NCBI GenBank assembly: GCA_963666215.2
Contig: CAXWPL010000001.1
Coordinates: forward strand, 384,001-448,000
Length of the DNA: 64,000 nt
Source of the DNA: Acidobacteriota bacterium
GTDB lineage: Bacteria; Acidobacteriota; UBA890; WLXD01
Direction: 5' to 3'
The position numbers and the translations under genes were made by a program. Positions 9,891 to 19,056 of the stretch are shown piece after piece (the stretch's first letter is position 1; the number at the start of each line of letters is the position of its first letter). Below the pieces are notes generated by a model, which was given only the letters and a program-made list of their open reading frames with translations, made no database searches and was not told the DNA's origin.

Positions 9891-12050
9891 CTATTTGAGG
9901 TACTTGTCGTACCAGGCGATGACGCGCTCGTGGAAGTCCTTGTCGTAGGCCGGAAGGTCGACGCCATGGAACTGGTTCGGGTAAACAACGAGCACCGTCT
10001 CGCGACCGAGGCGCTTCATCGCCTGGTACATCTGTTCGGAATTCTGGATGGGCACGTTCCAGTCGTTCTCGCCTCCCATCCACATCGTCGGCGTGGTGAT
10101 CTCGGCGACCTTGTTGAACGGTGACAGTCGCTCCCAGAGCTCGCGGTTCTCCCAGGGCAGCCCGAACTCGACCTCGTACCAGCGCTGGTAGTGGTCGTGG
10201 CCATAGTTCGCCACCCACAGCGCACCGCTGGCTCCCGACATCGCCGCCTTGAAGCGCTGCGTGCTGGTGATGACGTAGTTGGTAAGAATGCCGCCGTACG
10301 ACCAGCCGCCCACAGCGAGCCGTTCGGGATCGGAGTAGCCGAGCTCGATGGCCTTGTCGACCGCACCGAGCACGTCCTGGCTGTCGACGTTGCCCCAGTC
10401 GGCCCAGATGGCGCGCTCGAAGTCGAGCCCGTAGCCGGTCGAGCCGCGCGGGTTGGGCAAGACCACTACATAGCCGTTTGCGGCGATCCACTGCGCCGTG
10501 AAGTTGAACCCCCACTCCCACTGGCTCATCGGACCGCCGTGGATCCACAGCACCGTCGGGTATCGGAACGCGGGGTCGAACGACGGCGGCTTGTAGATGA
10601 AGGTCTCGACCTCGGTGCCGTCGGCGCTGTTGTACGCGACCTTCTCGACCTCGCCCAGCCGCAACCCGTCAAAGAGCTCCTGGTTGACCCGGGTGAGCCG
10701 TCGGACGCTCGTGGCATGGTGGCCGCCACCACCATTGCGGCCGTTGCCGGCGGAGGCCAGCGTGTTGGCGTCGAGCACGACCAGCTCGCCCGGGGAGTGC
10801 GCGTTGCTGACCAGGGCGACCACGCTGTCGTCTGGACCCACCTCGACGCTTCGCGTGCTCACAGAGCCCGCGATCAGCCGCTCCATCGCCCCACCAGCCG
10901 TAGGAATCCGCGCCACTTGCGTGGTGCCTCGCTCCTCCAAGATGAAGGTAATCGAGTCGCCATCGGCCGAGAACCGTGGGCGGGTGACCCAGCGATCGAG
11001 ATCCTCGGTCAGCACCTCGGGGTTGTCGCCACCCACGCGTACAACTGCCAGCTTGTTCTGGTCGTAGACCGACAGCTCGGGACGGTTGTTGGTGATGAAG
11101 GCGATGTGCTGCGAGTCGGGATGCCACCGCGGCTGGCTGTCGGCGCCCTCGTTGAGGGTGACCTGGGCCAGCGTCTTGCCCATGTCGGAGTTCCCGGGAT
11201 CCACCAGCCAGATGTCTGTGTTGTAGTTGGAATCGGGCTCTTCGGTGCGGTTGCTGACGAAAGCAATCTTGGTGCCGTCAGCGGACCACTGCGGCTGCGA
11301 GTCGTCGTAGTCACCGGACGTGATCTGGGTAACTTCGGAGCTGCGCGTCGAGCTCTTCTCCGAGCTCAGGTCGAACACGTACAGGTGGGTGCGCCGGCGA
11401 TCCAGGTAGCCGATGTAGTCCTGCTTGAACTGCAGCCGGTCAATAACCCACGGGTCGGGGACGTCCGAGGATTCTTCGGAAGAGCTGTCGCCCTCAGCGT
11501 TTCCCTCGCTGCCTGCGTCGGCGTCGTCTTCAGCCTTTGCGTCCTTGATACCGAGGACGAGTCGCTTGCCATCGGGCGACCACTCGTAGTTGCTCACGCC
11601 CTGCTCCACGTCGGTGAGCTGCCACGCCTCGCCGCCGCGGCGGTCGAGCACCCAGACCTGGCTCTTGCCCTCGTTGCGCGACGAAAGGAACGACAGGTAC
11701 TTGCCGTCGGGACTCCAGCGCGGCGAGCTCGCCGAGCTGCTCTCGGCAGTCATCGGAATCGGATCGCCACCAGCGGTCTCGACCATCCAGAGCCGACTCG
11801 TCGATTTGTTCTCCTCGAGGCTCGTCGTCGAGACCGTGTAGGCAACCCAAGCGCCGTCGGGGCTGACGAGTCCCTCGCCGACGCTCTTGATGGCGAATCT
11901 GTCGTCTACGCGCACGTTGCGGGGTCGGCCGGGCTCTTTCTCAACCGTCGCCTGCGCCGGCACGGCCACGAGCTGGCCCACGCCTACACTGCCACTGACC
12001 ACAACGATTAGCACAAACGCCACCGCCAACCGACCCATTCGCCGCTTCAT
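9891..12050 (-). CDS. S9 family peptidase (acylaminoacyl/dipeptidyl peptidase) with PD40 propeller
   Basis: WSPDG repeats; IHGGP, NPRGSTGYG, GWSYGG nucleophile, GENDWNVP, YPNQFHG. Start MKRRMGR at 12050. Confidence 0.92.
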   Translation of the reverse strand: MKRRMGRLAVAFVLIVVVSGSVGVGQLVAVPAQATVEKEPGRPRNVRVDDRFAIKSVGEGLVSPDGAWVAYTVSTTSLEENKSTSRLWMVETAGGDPIPMTAESSSASSPRWSPDGKYLSFLSSRNEGKSQVWVLDRRGGEAWQLTDVEQGVSNYEWSPDGKRLVLGIKDAKAEDDADAGSEGNAEGDSSSEESSDVPDPWVIDRLQFKQDYIGYLDRRRTHLYVFDLSSEKSSTRSSEVTQITSGDYDDSQPQWSADGTKIAFVSNRTEEPDSNYNTDIWLVDPGNSDMGKTLAQVTLNEGADSQPRWHPDSQHIAFITNNRPELSVYDQNKLAVVRVGGDNPEVLTEDLDRWVTRPRFSADGDSITFILEERGTTQVARIPTAGGAMERLIAGSVSTRSVEVGPDDSVVALVSNAHSPGELVVLDANTLASAGNGRNGGGGHHATSVRRLTRVNQELFDGLRLGEVEKVAYNSADGTEVETFIYKPPSFDPAFRYPTVLWIHGGPMSQWEWGFNFTAQWIAANGYVVVLPNPRGSTGYGLDFERAIWADWGNVDSQDVLGAVDKAIELGYSDPERLAVGGWSYGGILTNYVITSTQRFKAAMSGASGALWVANYGHDHYQRWYEVEFGLPWENRELWERLSPFNKVAEITTPTMWMGGENDWNVPIQNSEQMYQAMKRLGRETVLVVYPNQFHGVDLPAYDKDFHERVIAWYDKYLK

Positions 12051-12115
12051 CGCACAAACTCCCGCGCGCCGAATCGAGCGGCACGCCTCTTGCCTAGGCT
12101 CTCGTTTGGAAGGGC

Positions 12116-13123
12116 CTACGGCTGTTCGAAACCGAGCTCTGGATTGAGCCGCCCGCCGCCGCTCATCTCCTTGCCGTCGAGGTAGATAGTCGGCGTCGAC
12201 AGCATGATGTCCATGTGAAAGTCGCAGGGGCCGATCGTGCCGCCGAAGGTGGGGTTCTGATAGCCGAAGCCGAAGTCGACCGCGGCGAGCTTGCGCTCGT
12301 CCTCGATCATGTGGCCCGAGATGCCCGCCTCGGGGTTCAGTCCGATGCTGAAGTGGCACAGCTCGTAAATCGCCGGCTGTCCGCAGCTCTCGAACCACGC
12401 GCGCATCGTGTCGGCCTCCTTGCCGCCCTCCACCGCCGTGACCACACCCTTTTCCAGCCTGAAGCTGTAGGGCTCGTGGACGATCCCCTGCACGCTGTCG
12501 CTAGCGTCGATGACGATCGTGCCGTCAATGCTCTCCTCGAGCGCCGCGATGCTGACCTGGGCGCCGGGGAAGAAGTCGATTTCGCCGTCCTCGGTCAGGG
12601 CACCGTCGCCGACCTTGCACTTGCGATCGCCGAGGCGAAACTCGACGTCGGTCCCCTGGGGCGAGGTCACGCGGCAGTGATCGGCAGCATGCCAGAGATC
12701 GACGACGCGATCGACGTTACGCATCATCGCGTCGACATCGACGTTCAGCAGCCCACGCATGACGTAGTCCTCGACACCGGCGATGGCGCAGAACAGCGCC
12801 CGAGTACCGTTGGCCCGCGCCTCCAGCATGGGCTTGGAAGCATCGATGCCGTCGTCGCAGATCGACAGGATCAGCCGGCTGGCGCGAATCGCGTCCGAAA
12901 GAATCGGCCCCGGACTGGTGGCGACGTCCTGAGTGGGCGAGACCGGCTTGACCATCAACTGGGCGTCGGCGCCGGCGCGGATGGCGTCGTCGAGCAGCAC
13001 CTTGGCGAGTACCTGGTCGTCGTTCGCATCGGCCAGAACCAGCAGCGCGTCGCCGGGCTCGGGCCGCACGAGGCTCTTGATCACGATGTCGCCGAATTCG
13101 TCTGAATGCAGGCTCGGGGCCAT
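12116..13123 (-). CDS. M29/aminopeptidase T-like (NicX-like) metalloenzyme
   Basis: RVTSPQGTDVEF, DGTIVID, ELCHFSIGLNP, EDER, HMD, PTIYLDG. Confidence 0.7.
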   Translation of the reverse strand: MAPSLHSDEFGDIVIKSLVRPEPGDALLVLADANDDQVLAKVLLDDAIRAGADAQLMVKPVSPTQDVATSPGPILSDAIRASRLILSICDDGIDASKPMLEARANGTRALFCAIAGVEDYVMRGLLNVDVDAMMRNVDRVVDLWHAADHCRVTSPQGTDVEFRLGDRKCKVGDGALTEDGEIDFFPGAQVSIAALEESIDGTIVIDASDSVQGIVHEPYSFRLEKGVVTAVEGGKEADTMRAWFESCGQPAIYELCHFSIGLNPEAGISGHMIEDERKLAAVDFGFGYQNPTFGGTIGPCDFHMDIMLSTPTIYLDGKEMSGGGRLNPELGFEQP

Positions 13124-13212
13124 GCTGAACTCCTTTTTTGTGCTCGGTTGCCTCGGGGCGCTGAACGACGTTCAGCGAGCTTGCCACGGAGTGACTCGAG
13201 TGATTGAGACCT

Positions 13213-14028
13213 TCAGGCGGGTTGTGTCGCGCGCGGCGCTCCCCCGTCGTCTGCGGAGGCCTCGCCGCTTGCTCGACCCTTGGCGATATCGGCCTTTGGG
13301 TAGGCATGCTCGCTCTGCGATAACCGCAGTCGTACGAGGCTCTCGGCCATCATTGCGGAGGCCTGAATCGGGTCGACCACGGGCACCGGTAGCCCGCCGC
13401 GCAGACGCTCGAGGATCTCGAGACCCCCGTAGCCGATGACCGCGTCGGCGCCGTCCTCCTCGACGGCCAGGAGTCCCTGCTCGAGCATCTCGTCGCGCAG
13501 CCGATTCTCCTGGCTGGCGAAGTCGAGCGAGCCAGCAATCACCGACCGCACCGACGCGAGCTTGTGCGCGAACCCGTAGCGCGCCGCGATGTCCTCGTAG
13601 CGCCGCGCCCGTCCGTCGGAACGGCGACCGCTTTTGCTGCCCGGCATCAGGAACGAGAACCGTCGCCCGACCATCGAAGCGTAGTGCATCACGGCCTGCG
13701 CCTCGCCGATCACCGGAATGTCGAGCGCTTCCTTGGCTGCCTCGACTCCGGGCTCGCCGAGGCAGCCCATCGCAACGGCGTCGTAGCCATCGCGTTGCGC
13801 CTGGATCGCGGCTTCGACGTGCTGCAACGCCACCAGCTCCGAGGTGTAGGAGTTCTTGATCGCTCCGACCGGCGCCTCTGGAAGATCGACGAGCGTGATC
13901 TCCACGCGCGGGCTGGCGATGGGCGCCAGCAGTGCCCGGTGCACGTCTCCCCACGACGCCAGGCCGTCGCGCACCGGGATGATCGCGCAAATGCGAATTC
14001 GCCGCTCCATCGGGTTCACTCCAGCCAC
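13213..14028 (-). CDS. Asp/Glu/hydantoin racemase family protein
   Basis: GYDAVAMGCLGEPGVEAAKE, DGADAVIG, VPVVDP, YPK C-terminus. Confidence 0.85.
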   Translation of the reverse strand: MAGVNPMERRIRICAIIPVRDGLASWGDVHRALLAPIASPRVEITLVDLPEAPVGAIKNSYTSELVALQHVEAAIQAQRDGYDAVAMGCLGEPGVEAAKEALDIPVIGEAQAVMHYASMVGRRFSFLMPGSKSGRRSDGRARRYEDIAARYGFAHKLASVRSVIAGSLDFASQENRLRDEMLEQGLLAVEEDGADAVIGYGGLEILERLRGGLPVPVVDPIQASAMMAESLVRLRLSQSEHAYPKADIAKGRASGEASADDGGAPRATQPA

Positions 14029-15590
14029 ATGCCGTAGATGTTTTGGGTGAGCGGGTGCGCCTTGGTGGGAACGTATCCCCGCACGTAGTCCCGCTGGGCC
14101 GAGAGCGCCACCATGGTGACGACCGGGGTGAACGGCATGTCCTCTTGAAGAATCTGCATGGCCTCGCCATAGAGCTCGCAGCGCGACTTCGAGTCCATCT
14201 CGCTGACCGCGATGTCGAGCAGCTCGTCGACCCGGGGGTTCGAGTAGAAGGCGAAGTTGCGACCGCCGTTTCCCGCCTGACTCGAGTGGGCCAGCCTGTA
14301 GAGGTACTGGTGCGGGTCGGGCGAGGGAACGTAGATCCAGATCGTACCGAGATCGGTGGCCGTGTCCAGCGAGGCATAGTTTGCGACCTTGGCGTCGAAC
14401 TCGATGTCGAGGGCATTGAGCGTTATGCCGAGCTCGGCCGCGCCGGCCTGCAACAGCAGAAAGAACGCTGTCTCGCCGGTGGTGCCCTCAAAGGCCATGC
14501 TGAGCTCGAAGCCCCCTTCGGGATACCCGGCCTCGGCCAACAGGCGCCGGGCCTCTTGCAGGTCGTGGCGGGAGGGCGGCGTGCCAGGTTCGTAGCAGCT
14601 GGCGCCGTCGGGAAGCATCCCGTGCGCGACGACCGCATTGCCGTGCAGCAGATGTTCGACGTGGCCCTCGTAGTCGTAGGCCAGAGCCAGCGCCCGGCGT
14701 ACCCGGACATCGCCAAGGGGCTCCGCCTCGGTGTTGAAGGCGAAGTAGAGCTGGTTGAGCGTGGGCTCGCGGTTGAGAGTCAGCCCGCTGACGTCGCGCA
14801 TCGCCTCGAAGGCGTCTGCGCTCGCCAAATAAATCCAATCGGCGTCGCCATTCTCGAGCGCGATGCGCCGCGTGCTCTCAGACCGGATAGCGCGAAAGAT
14901 CGCCGTATCGATGTGTTGCCCTTCCCATCCTTTGTAGTAGTCGGGGAAGCGCTCGATGGTGCAGCGCTGCTGGGCCTCGAACGAGACGAGCTGATAGGGA
15001 CCGCTACCGGCCTCGTGATCTTGCAGCCACCTCTGGGCCCAGTCGCCGCCCTCATCGTGCGAGCGCACCAGATCGGCGTTGAGCACATAGAGATGGGTCA
15101 GCGCTGGCATTAGACCCGGATAGGGCGCCGACAGCAGGATGTCGACGGCGTGATCGTCGATCACCTCGGCCCCGGTCACCAGCGTCATGTAGGTGTAGAC
15201 GCCGATGCCCAGCGCAACCATCCGATCGACGGTGTACTTGACGTCGTGGGCGTCGACCTCCGAGCCGTCGTGGAATCTCACGTCGCGGCGCAGCCGGAAG
15301 GTATGTCGCAGGCCGTCCTCGGACAGCGCAGCGCTCTCGGCCAGCTCCATCTCGAGATCCATGGTACCGGGGCGATACTGCACGAGCGCGTTGTAGAGGT
15401 TCAGCGACGGGTTGTTGATGCGGCTGTCCTCGGCGCCGACCGGGTCGAGGCCAGGTGGCACCCCTTCGATCAGGGCAACGAAGTAGGGGTGCCGAGCCGC
15501 GGCGGCCGAGCAGGCCAGCGTAGTCGCGGCCCCGAGCAGCGTCAGCGCGCCGAGCAAGGTCGAAGTGGTCCTTATCTGGTGGCGTCGCAT
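14016..15590 (-). CDS. ABC transporter substrate-binding protein, family 5 (DppA/OppA-like)
   Basis: Lipobox TLAC; LYNALV, FRLRRDVRFHDG, GSGPYQL, VRRALALAYD, YSNPRVDELL. Confidence 0.9.
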   Translation of the reverse strand: MRRHQIRTTSTLLGALTLLGAATTLACSAAAARHPYFVALIEGVPPGLDPVGAEDSRINNPSLNLYNALVQYRPGTMDLEMELAESAALSEDGLRHTFRLRRDVRFHDGSEVDAHDVKYTVDRMVALGIGVYTYMTLVTGAEVIDDHAVDILLSAPYPGLMPALTHLYVLNADLVRSHDEGGDWAQRWLQDHEAGSGPYQLVSFEAQQRCTIERFPDYYKGWEGQHIDTAIFRAIRSESTRRIALENGDADWIYLASADAFEAMRDVSGLTLNREPTLNQLYFAFNTEAEPLGDVRVRRALALAYDYEGHVEHLLHGNAVVAHGMLPDGASCYEPGTPPSRHDLQEARRLLAEAGYPEGGFELSMAFEGTTGETAFFLLLQAGAAELGITLNALDIEFDAKVANYASLDTATDLGTIWIYVPSPDPHQYLYRLAHSSQAGNGGRNFAFYSNPRVDELLDIAVSEMDSKSRCELYGEAMQILQEDMPFTPVVTMVALSAQRDYVRGYVPTKAHPLTQNIYGMWLE

Positions 15591-15808
15591 CGAGGAAACG
15601 GTACCTGTGGCTCGGTCGCCAGACAACGCCCGGCAGCAACCTCCTCGTCGAGGCGGCTCCTGCAGGTCGCGGGAAGAGCCTGGCGGATCCTCCGCACCTT
15701 GACGGCGGCGCCGATCTCCTGTGCAGTAGCGTGTCACCGGACTCGATCGCCTGCAGGTCGCGCCGGTACGCTCAACTCGACTTCGCGAGCGAGGACGGTC
15801 CGTCCTTC

Positions 15809-16729
15809 ATGAACAACGCCAAGCCGCTTCGGCGCAAGCAGGCCCCGGATGCGAGGAGCATCGTACAGAACAAAGCCCTCGAGGCTACCCCTTCAGTGAC
15901 CGCTCTCACGGCCCCCGACAAGGCCCGGTGTGTTTTCGTGCTCGCCGCGCTGGGGGCCCTCGCCATGCTCGGCTGTGCTGGGGTCGATTCGGTGCAGTCG
16001 AGCGATCCAGCGCCCGCGCCGGCGGAAGAAAACGTGTGTCCCGATCCGAGCTTCTTCGATACCGCGCCCGACGTCGCGAGCTACGGCTTCGATGCCGACT
16101 TCGAGAGCCTTTTCTACGACCACCCGGCGTGGCAGTCACGCGAAGCGACGATCGAACAGGCGGGCGGGGTGGCACGGCTGTCGGCCAGCGGCACCGGCGT
16201 TTCCGAGGCATGGAAAGCCTCGCACCAGGAGCTCCCCTACGATCGCAGCTGGAAGATCGCTGTAGGCGTCGTTGTGCCTTCGGAGTGGATGTCGACCAAA
16301 ACGGCCGATGATGCGCCCGATGACCCTCAGGTTGGAGCCGGCCCATGGGTCAGCATCCTCGATGATGAGGGCAAAGGACGCCGGGTCTACGAGGTGAACC
16401 TGGCGGCCATCGCCAACCGCTTCCGCTTCGTTCAGGGCCAGCTCATCGAGAACCGCCTCGGTGAAGACCCGATCAGCGTCGGACACATCCGCGACACGCC
16501 CGAGTCGGTGCGGCTCGACCTCATCTACTGCGCCGACGACCACACGATCAACCTCTACTCCGACGACGAGCACGTCGATACCCAACCCATCGACGAACAC
16601 GGCATCGACAACTGGGGCATGTCGAACGGCGACAGCTTCTACGTCGGCATCATGGGCTTCGCCGAGTGGACCGACCTCGAGCGCAACGCCGTGGCGCTCG
16701 ATGACTTCGAGGTGGCAATCGCGCGCTGA
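15809..16729 (+). CDS. Hypothetical acidic lipoprotein (possible beta-sandwich)
   Basis: Long ORF with GC3 bias; lipobox-like MLGC. Start uncertain. Confidence 0.55.
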   Translation: MNNAKPLRRKQAPDARSIVQNKALEATPSVTALTAPDKARCVFVLAALGALAMLGCAGVDSVQSSDPAPAPAEENVCPDPSFFDTAPDVASYGFDADFESLFYDHPAWQSREATIEQAGGVARLSASGTGVSEAWKASHQELPYDRSWKIAVGVVVPSEWMSTKTADDAPDDPQVGAGPWVSILDDEGKGRRVYEVNLAAIANRFRFVQGQLIENRLGEDPISVGHIRDTPESVRLDLIYCADDHTINLYSDDEHVDTQPIDEHGIDNWGMSNGDSFYVGIMGFAEWTDLERNAVALDDFEVAIAR

Positions 16730-16966
16730 TGGTTCGCTCCATGGCCTGGGGCCGGCGCACGGCGCGACTGCGCCTGGAGCCCGTGGAATCGACGCACCAA
16801 CCGTCACCGCAGAGGTAACTTCGAAGAATCGCACCCGGGCACCCTTCCTGGGCTCGCCATCAACTACTGTCGTCGGCAAAGTTTCGCCAGCGTCGGCCGG
16901 GTCTCGGTCGGAAGCCAAGAAATCGGCGCTACACGAGCACACTCAGGACAACGAAAGGCACTCCTC

Positions 16967-17911
16967 ATGAAAGCTCTCTCCGGGACGCTTCTGGCGCTCC
17001 TGCTGGCAAGCGGCTGCAGCTCGTCCGACACCGACTCCTCCGCTCCGCCTGCAGACGGCGGAACCGGGTCTCCGGAAGGGGCAGCGTCGACCGAAGCCGA
17101 AACATCGAAGCTGGGCGGCTGCATCCTGACGACGCCGATCGGCGACGTGCCTGACGACCTCTATATGGAGAGCGACGTGACGGCGACCGACGCCTACCCG
17201 CCGTTCGACAAGAGCCTCTCGGTCTACGGCATCACGCTTATCGCCCGCAACGAGGCCACCGACGACTTCATGCGTCTGGTCGCCACGGCGATCAAAGAGA
17301 TCTTCCCACGCGACGAGAGCCTCGACCTCGAGACTCAAGCGGAGATTCTGCGCAATCTCTATCGCTACAACACGACGATCCCCGTACCGGTCGGTCGCGA
17401 CATGGAGTTCGTGGAAGAGAATGAAGCCGCCTGGGACCAGACCACCAACCACAACACGGTGTGCGACATCATCATGGAGGGCGTCAACGGCCAGGTGATG
17501 GAAGTCGTCGAGCACATCCTCCACTTCGTCAGCGACGTGGGATTGCACTACACCTTCCCCGACGATTGGGGCATCTCACAGACCTCGACGTTGGCACAGG
17601 CGATGGACCGAGCCGTGGAGCTCGGCTACTACGACGTCGGCGGCTACGACGACATCGACGAACCCGAGGTTCGCCACCGCGTCGAGATTCAGGAGTTCGC
17701 CTACTGGGTCATCTCCACCGCCTGGAACCTGCAGGAGGCCTACGGACCGCAGAACGAGGAGGAGTGGACCATCTCTGACAGCGCCGATCTCGAGGCCAAG
17801 ATGCCCGAGCTCTACGCGATGTACGAACGCACTGTCGGGCGCGCCATGAGGGCTCCGAGCGCCGCAACCCTCGCAGCTATCGGTCCGACGCAAGCGGAAG
17901 AGGGCGAATAG
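16967..17911 (+). CDS. Hypothetical lipoprotein with ExxxH/HxxH zincin-like motif
   Basis: Lipobox ASGC; MEVVEHILHFV...IQEFAYW. Confidence 0.6.
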   Translation: MKALSGTLLALLLASGCSSSDTDSSAPPADGGTGSPEGAASTEAETSKLGGCILTTPIGDVPDDLYMESDVTATDAYPPFDKSLSVYGITLIARNEATDDFMRLVATAIKEIFPRDESLDLETQAEILRNLYRYNTTIPVPVGRDMEFVEENEAAWDQTTNHNTVCDIIMEGVNGQVMEVVEHILHFVSDVGLHYTFPDDWGISQTSTLAQAMDRAVELGYYDVGGYDDIDEPEVRHRVEIQEFAYWVISTAWNLQEAYGPQNEEEWTISDSADLEAKMPELYAMYERTVGRAMRAPSAATLAAIGPTQAEEGE

Positions 17912-18969
17912 TGAAAATCGAGGCTCCTCCACCCACCCAGCGGCCATCCGCTCCGGTCAGCGAAGACCACAATGCGGAGGACCCGCTGCCCCCGAGTTCT
18001 TCAGATCGTGCCCTCCCGCCCTACCTCTGCGTTCTACTCACGCTGCTCATGGCCGCGTGCGGCGGCGCGGAGACGGGAGAAGCCGCACCGGGGGCTGCTC
18101 CTGAGGGAGCCTCGGAGACAACCCCCGAACAAGCGCCCGAAGCTACTCCGGATGCGGCGTCGGACGAAGTGATACCCAACCTCCCGAGCCCGATCGTGTA
18201 CGTGGGCTCGGCCGGGACCGCCGACCAGCTGTTCACGTTCGACCTGACCTCGCGTGTAACCCGCCAGCTCACTTCCCTATCGGGCAATGCTGGCTTCCCG
18301 GTTTGGTCCCCCGACGGCATGCGTATGGTGTTCGTGGTGGCGACGGACGAGTCGGCCGATGTCGTGATCCGCGATGCCGAGTCGGGCGCGACCACGGTGA
18401 TTGTTCGCGGCAACGGCAACCCGGCCGATTGGGGGCCACGTGGTGAGCGACTTCTGATCACCAAGGATGGAAACGACGGCCGCGGACTGTACATCGTCGA
18501 CGTGGCCAGCGGAGCGCAGCAGCGCGTCAACACTGGCAGCTCCGCCGACGCCTACGCGCGCTGGGCCCGAAGCGGTGACGTGATTGCCTACGAATCGGGC
18601 AGAGACGGCAACCCGGAGATCTACATCACCCGGCTCGATGCCAGCGGGGCCGGCGGCGAGACCACCCGGCTCACCAACAACACCGACCTCGACGAGTGGC
18701 CCTCGCTATCGCACGACGGCAGTCACATCGCTTGGGCCTCGGGCAACGAGGAGGAAAAGGACCTCTGGGTGATGCGCATCGACGGCACCGACAAGAGGCA
18801 GATCAGCCGCGGGTTGTTGTTCGGCGACGCCTTTGCCGAATGGTCGCCGGACGGAACGCAGATCTTGATGACCGTGCTCGAGGACGATTCCTTCGTCCTC
18901 AAGCTTATTCAAGTGGGCAATGGCAAGGTCGCCCACATCGGCGACGGAACAGCGCCGTCCTGGCACTAG
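17911..18969 (+). CDS. TolB-like PD40 beta-propeller lipoprotein
   Basis: MAACGG lipobox; PVWSPDG, SGRDGNPEIY, EWSPDG repeats. Confidence 0.85.
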   Translation: MKIEAPPPTQRPSAPVSEDHNAEDPLPPSSSDRALPPYLCVLLTLLMAACGGAETGEAAPGAAPEGASETTPEQAPEATPDAASDEVIPNLPSPIVYVGSAGTADQLFTFDLTSRVTRQLTSLSGNAGFPVWSPDGMRMVFVVATDESADVVIRDAESGATTVIVRGNGNPADWGPRGERLLITKDGNDGRGLYIVDVASGAQQRVNTGSSADAYARWARSGDVIAYESGRDGNPEIYITRLDASGAGGETTRLTNNTDLDEWPSLSHDGSHIAWASGNEEEKDLWVMRIDGTDKRQISRGLLFGDAFAEWSPDGTQILMTVLEDDSFVLKLIQVGNGKVAHIGDGTAPSWH

Positions 18970-19056
18970 AGCCACGCCCGGCGCGAGCTCTGCGCCGGAA
19001 CGCAGTGAAGAGTGGGGCAATTCGTGACTGACCGAGATTGCGTGACGAACAACACG

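Noticed and set aside
12051-12398. N-terminal extension of the S9 peptidase ORF
   Set aside because: Overlaps the M29-like gene in another frame; the signal peptide begins at 12050.
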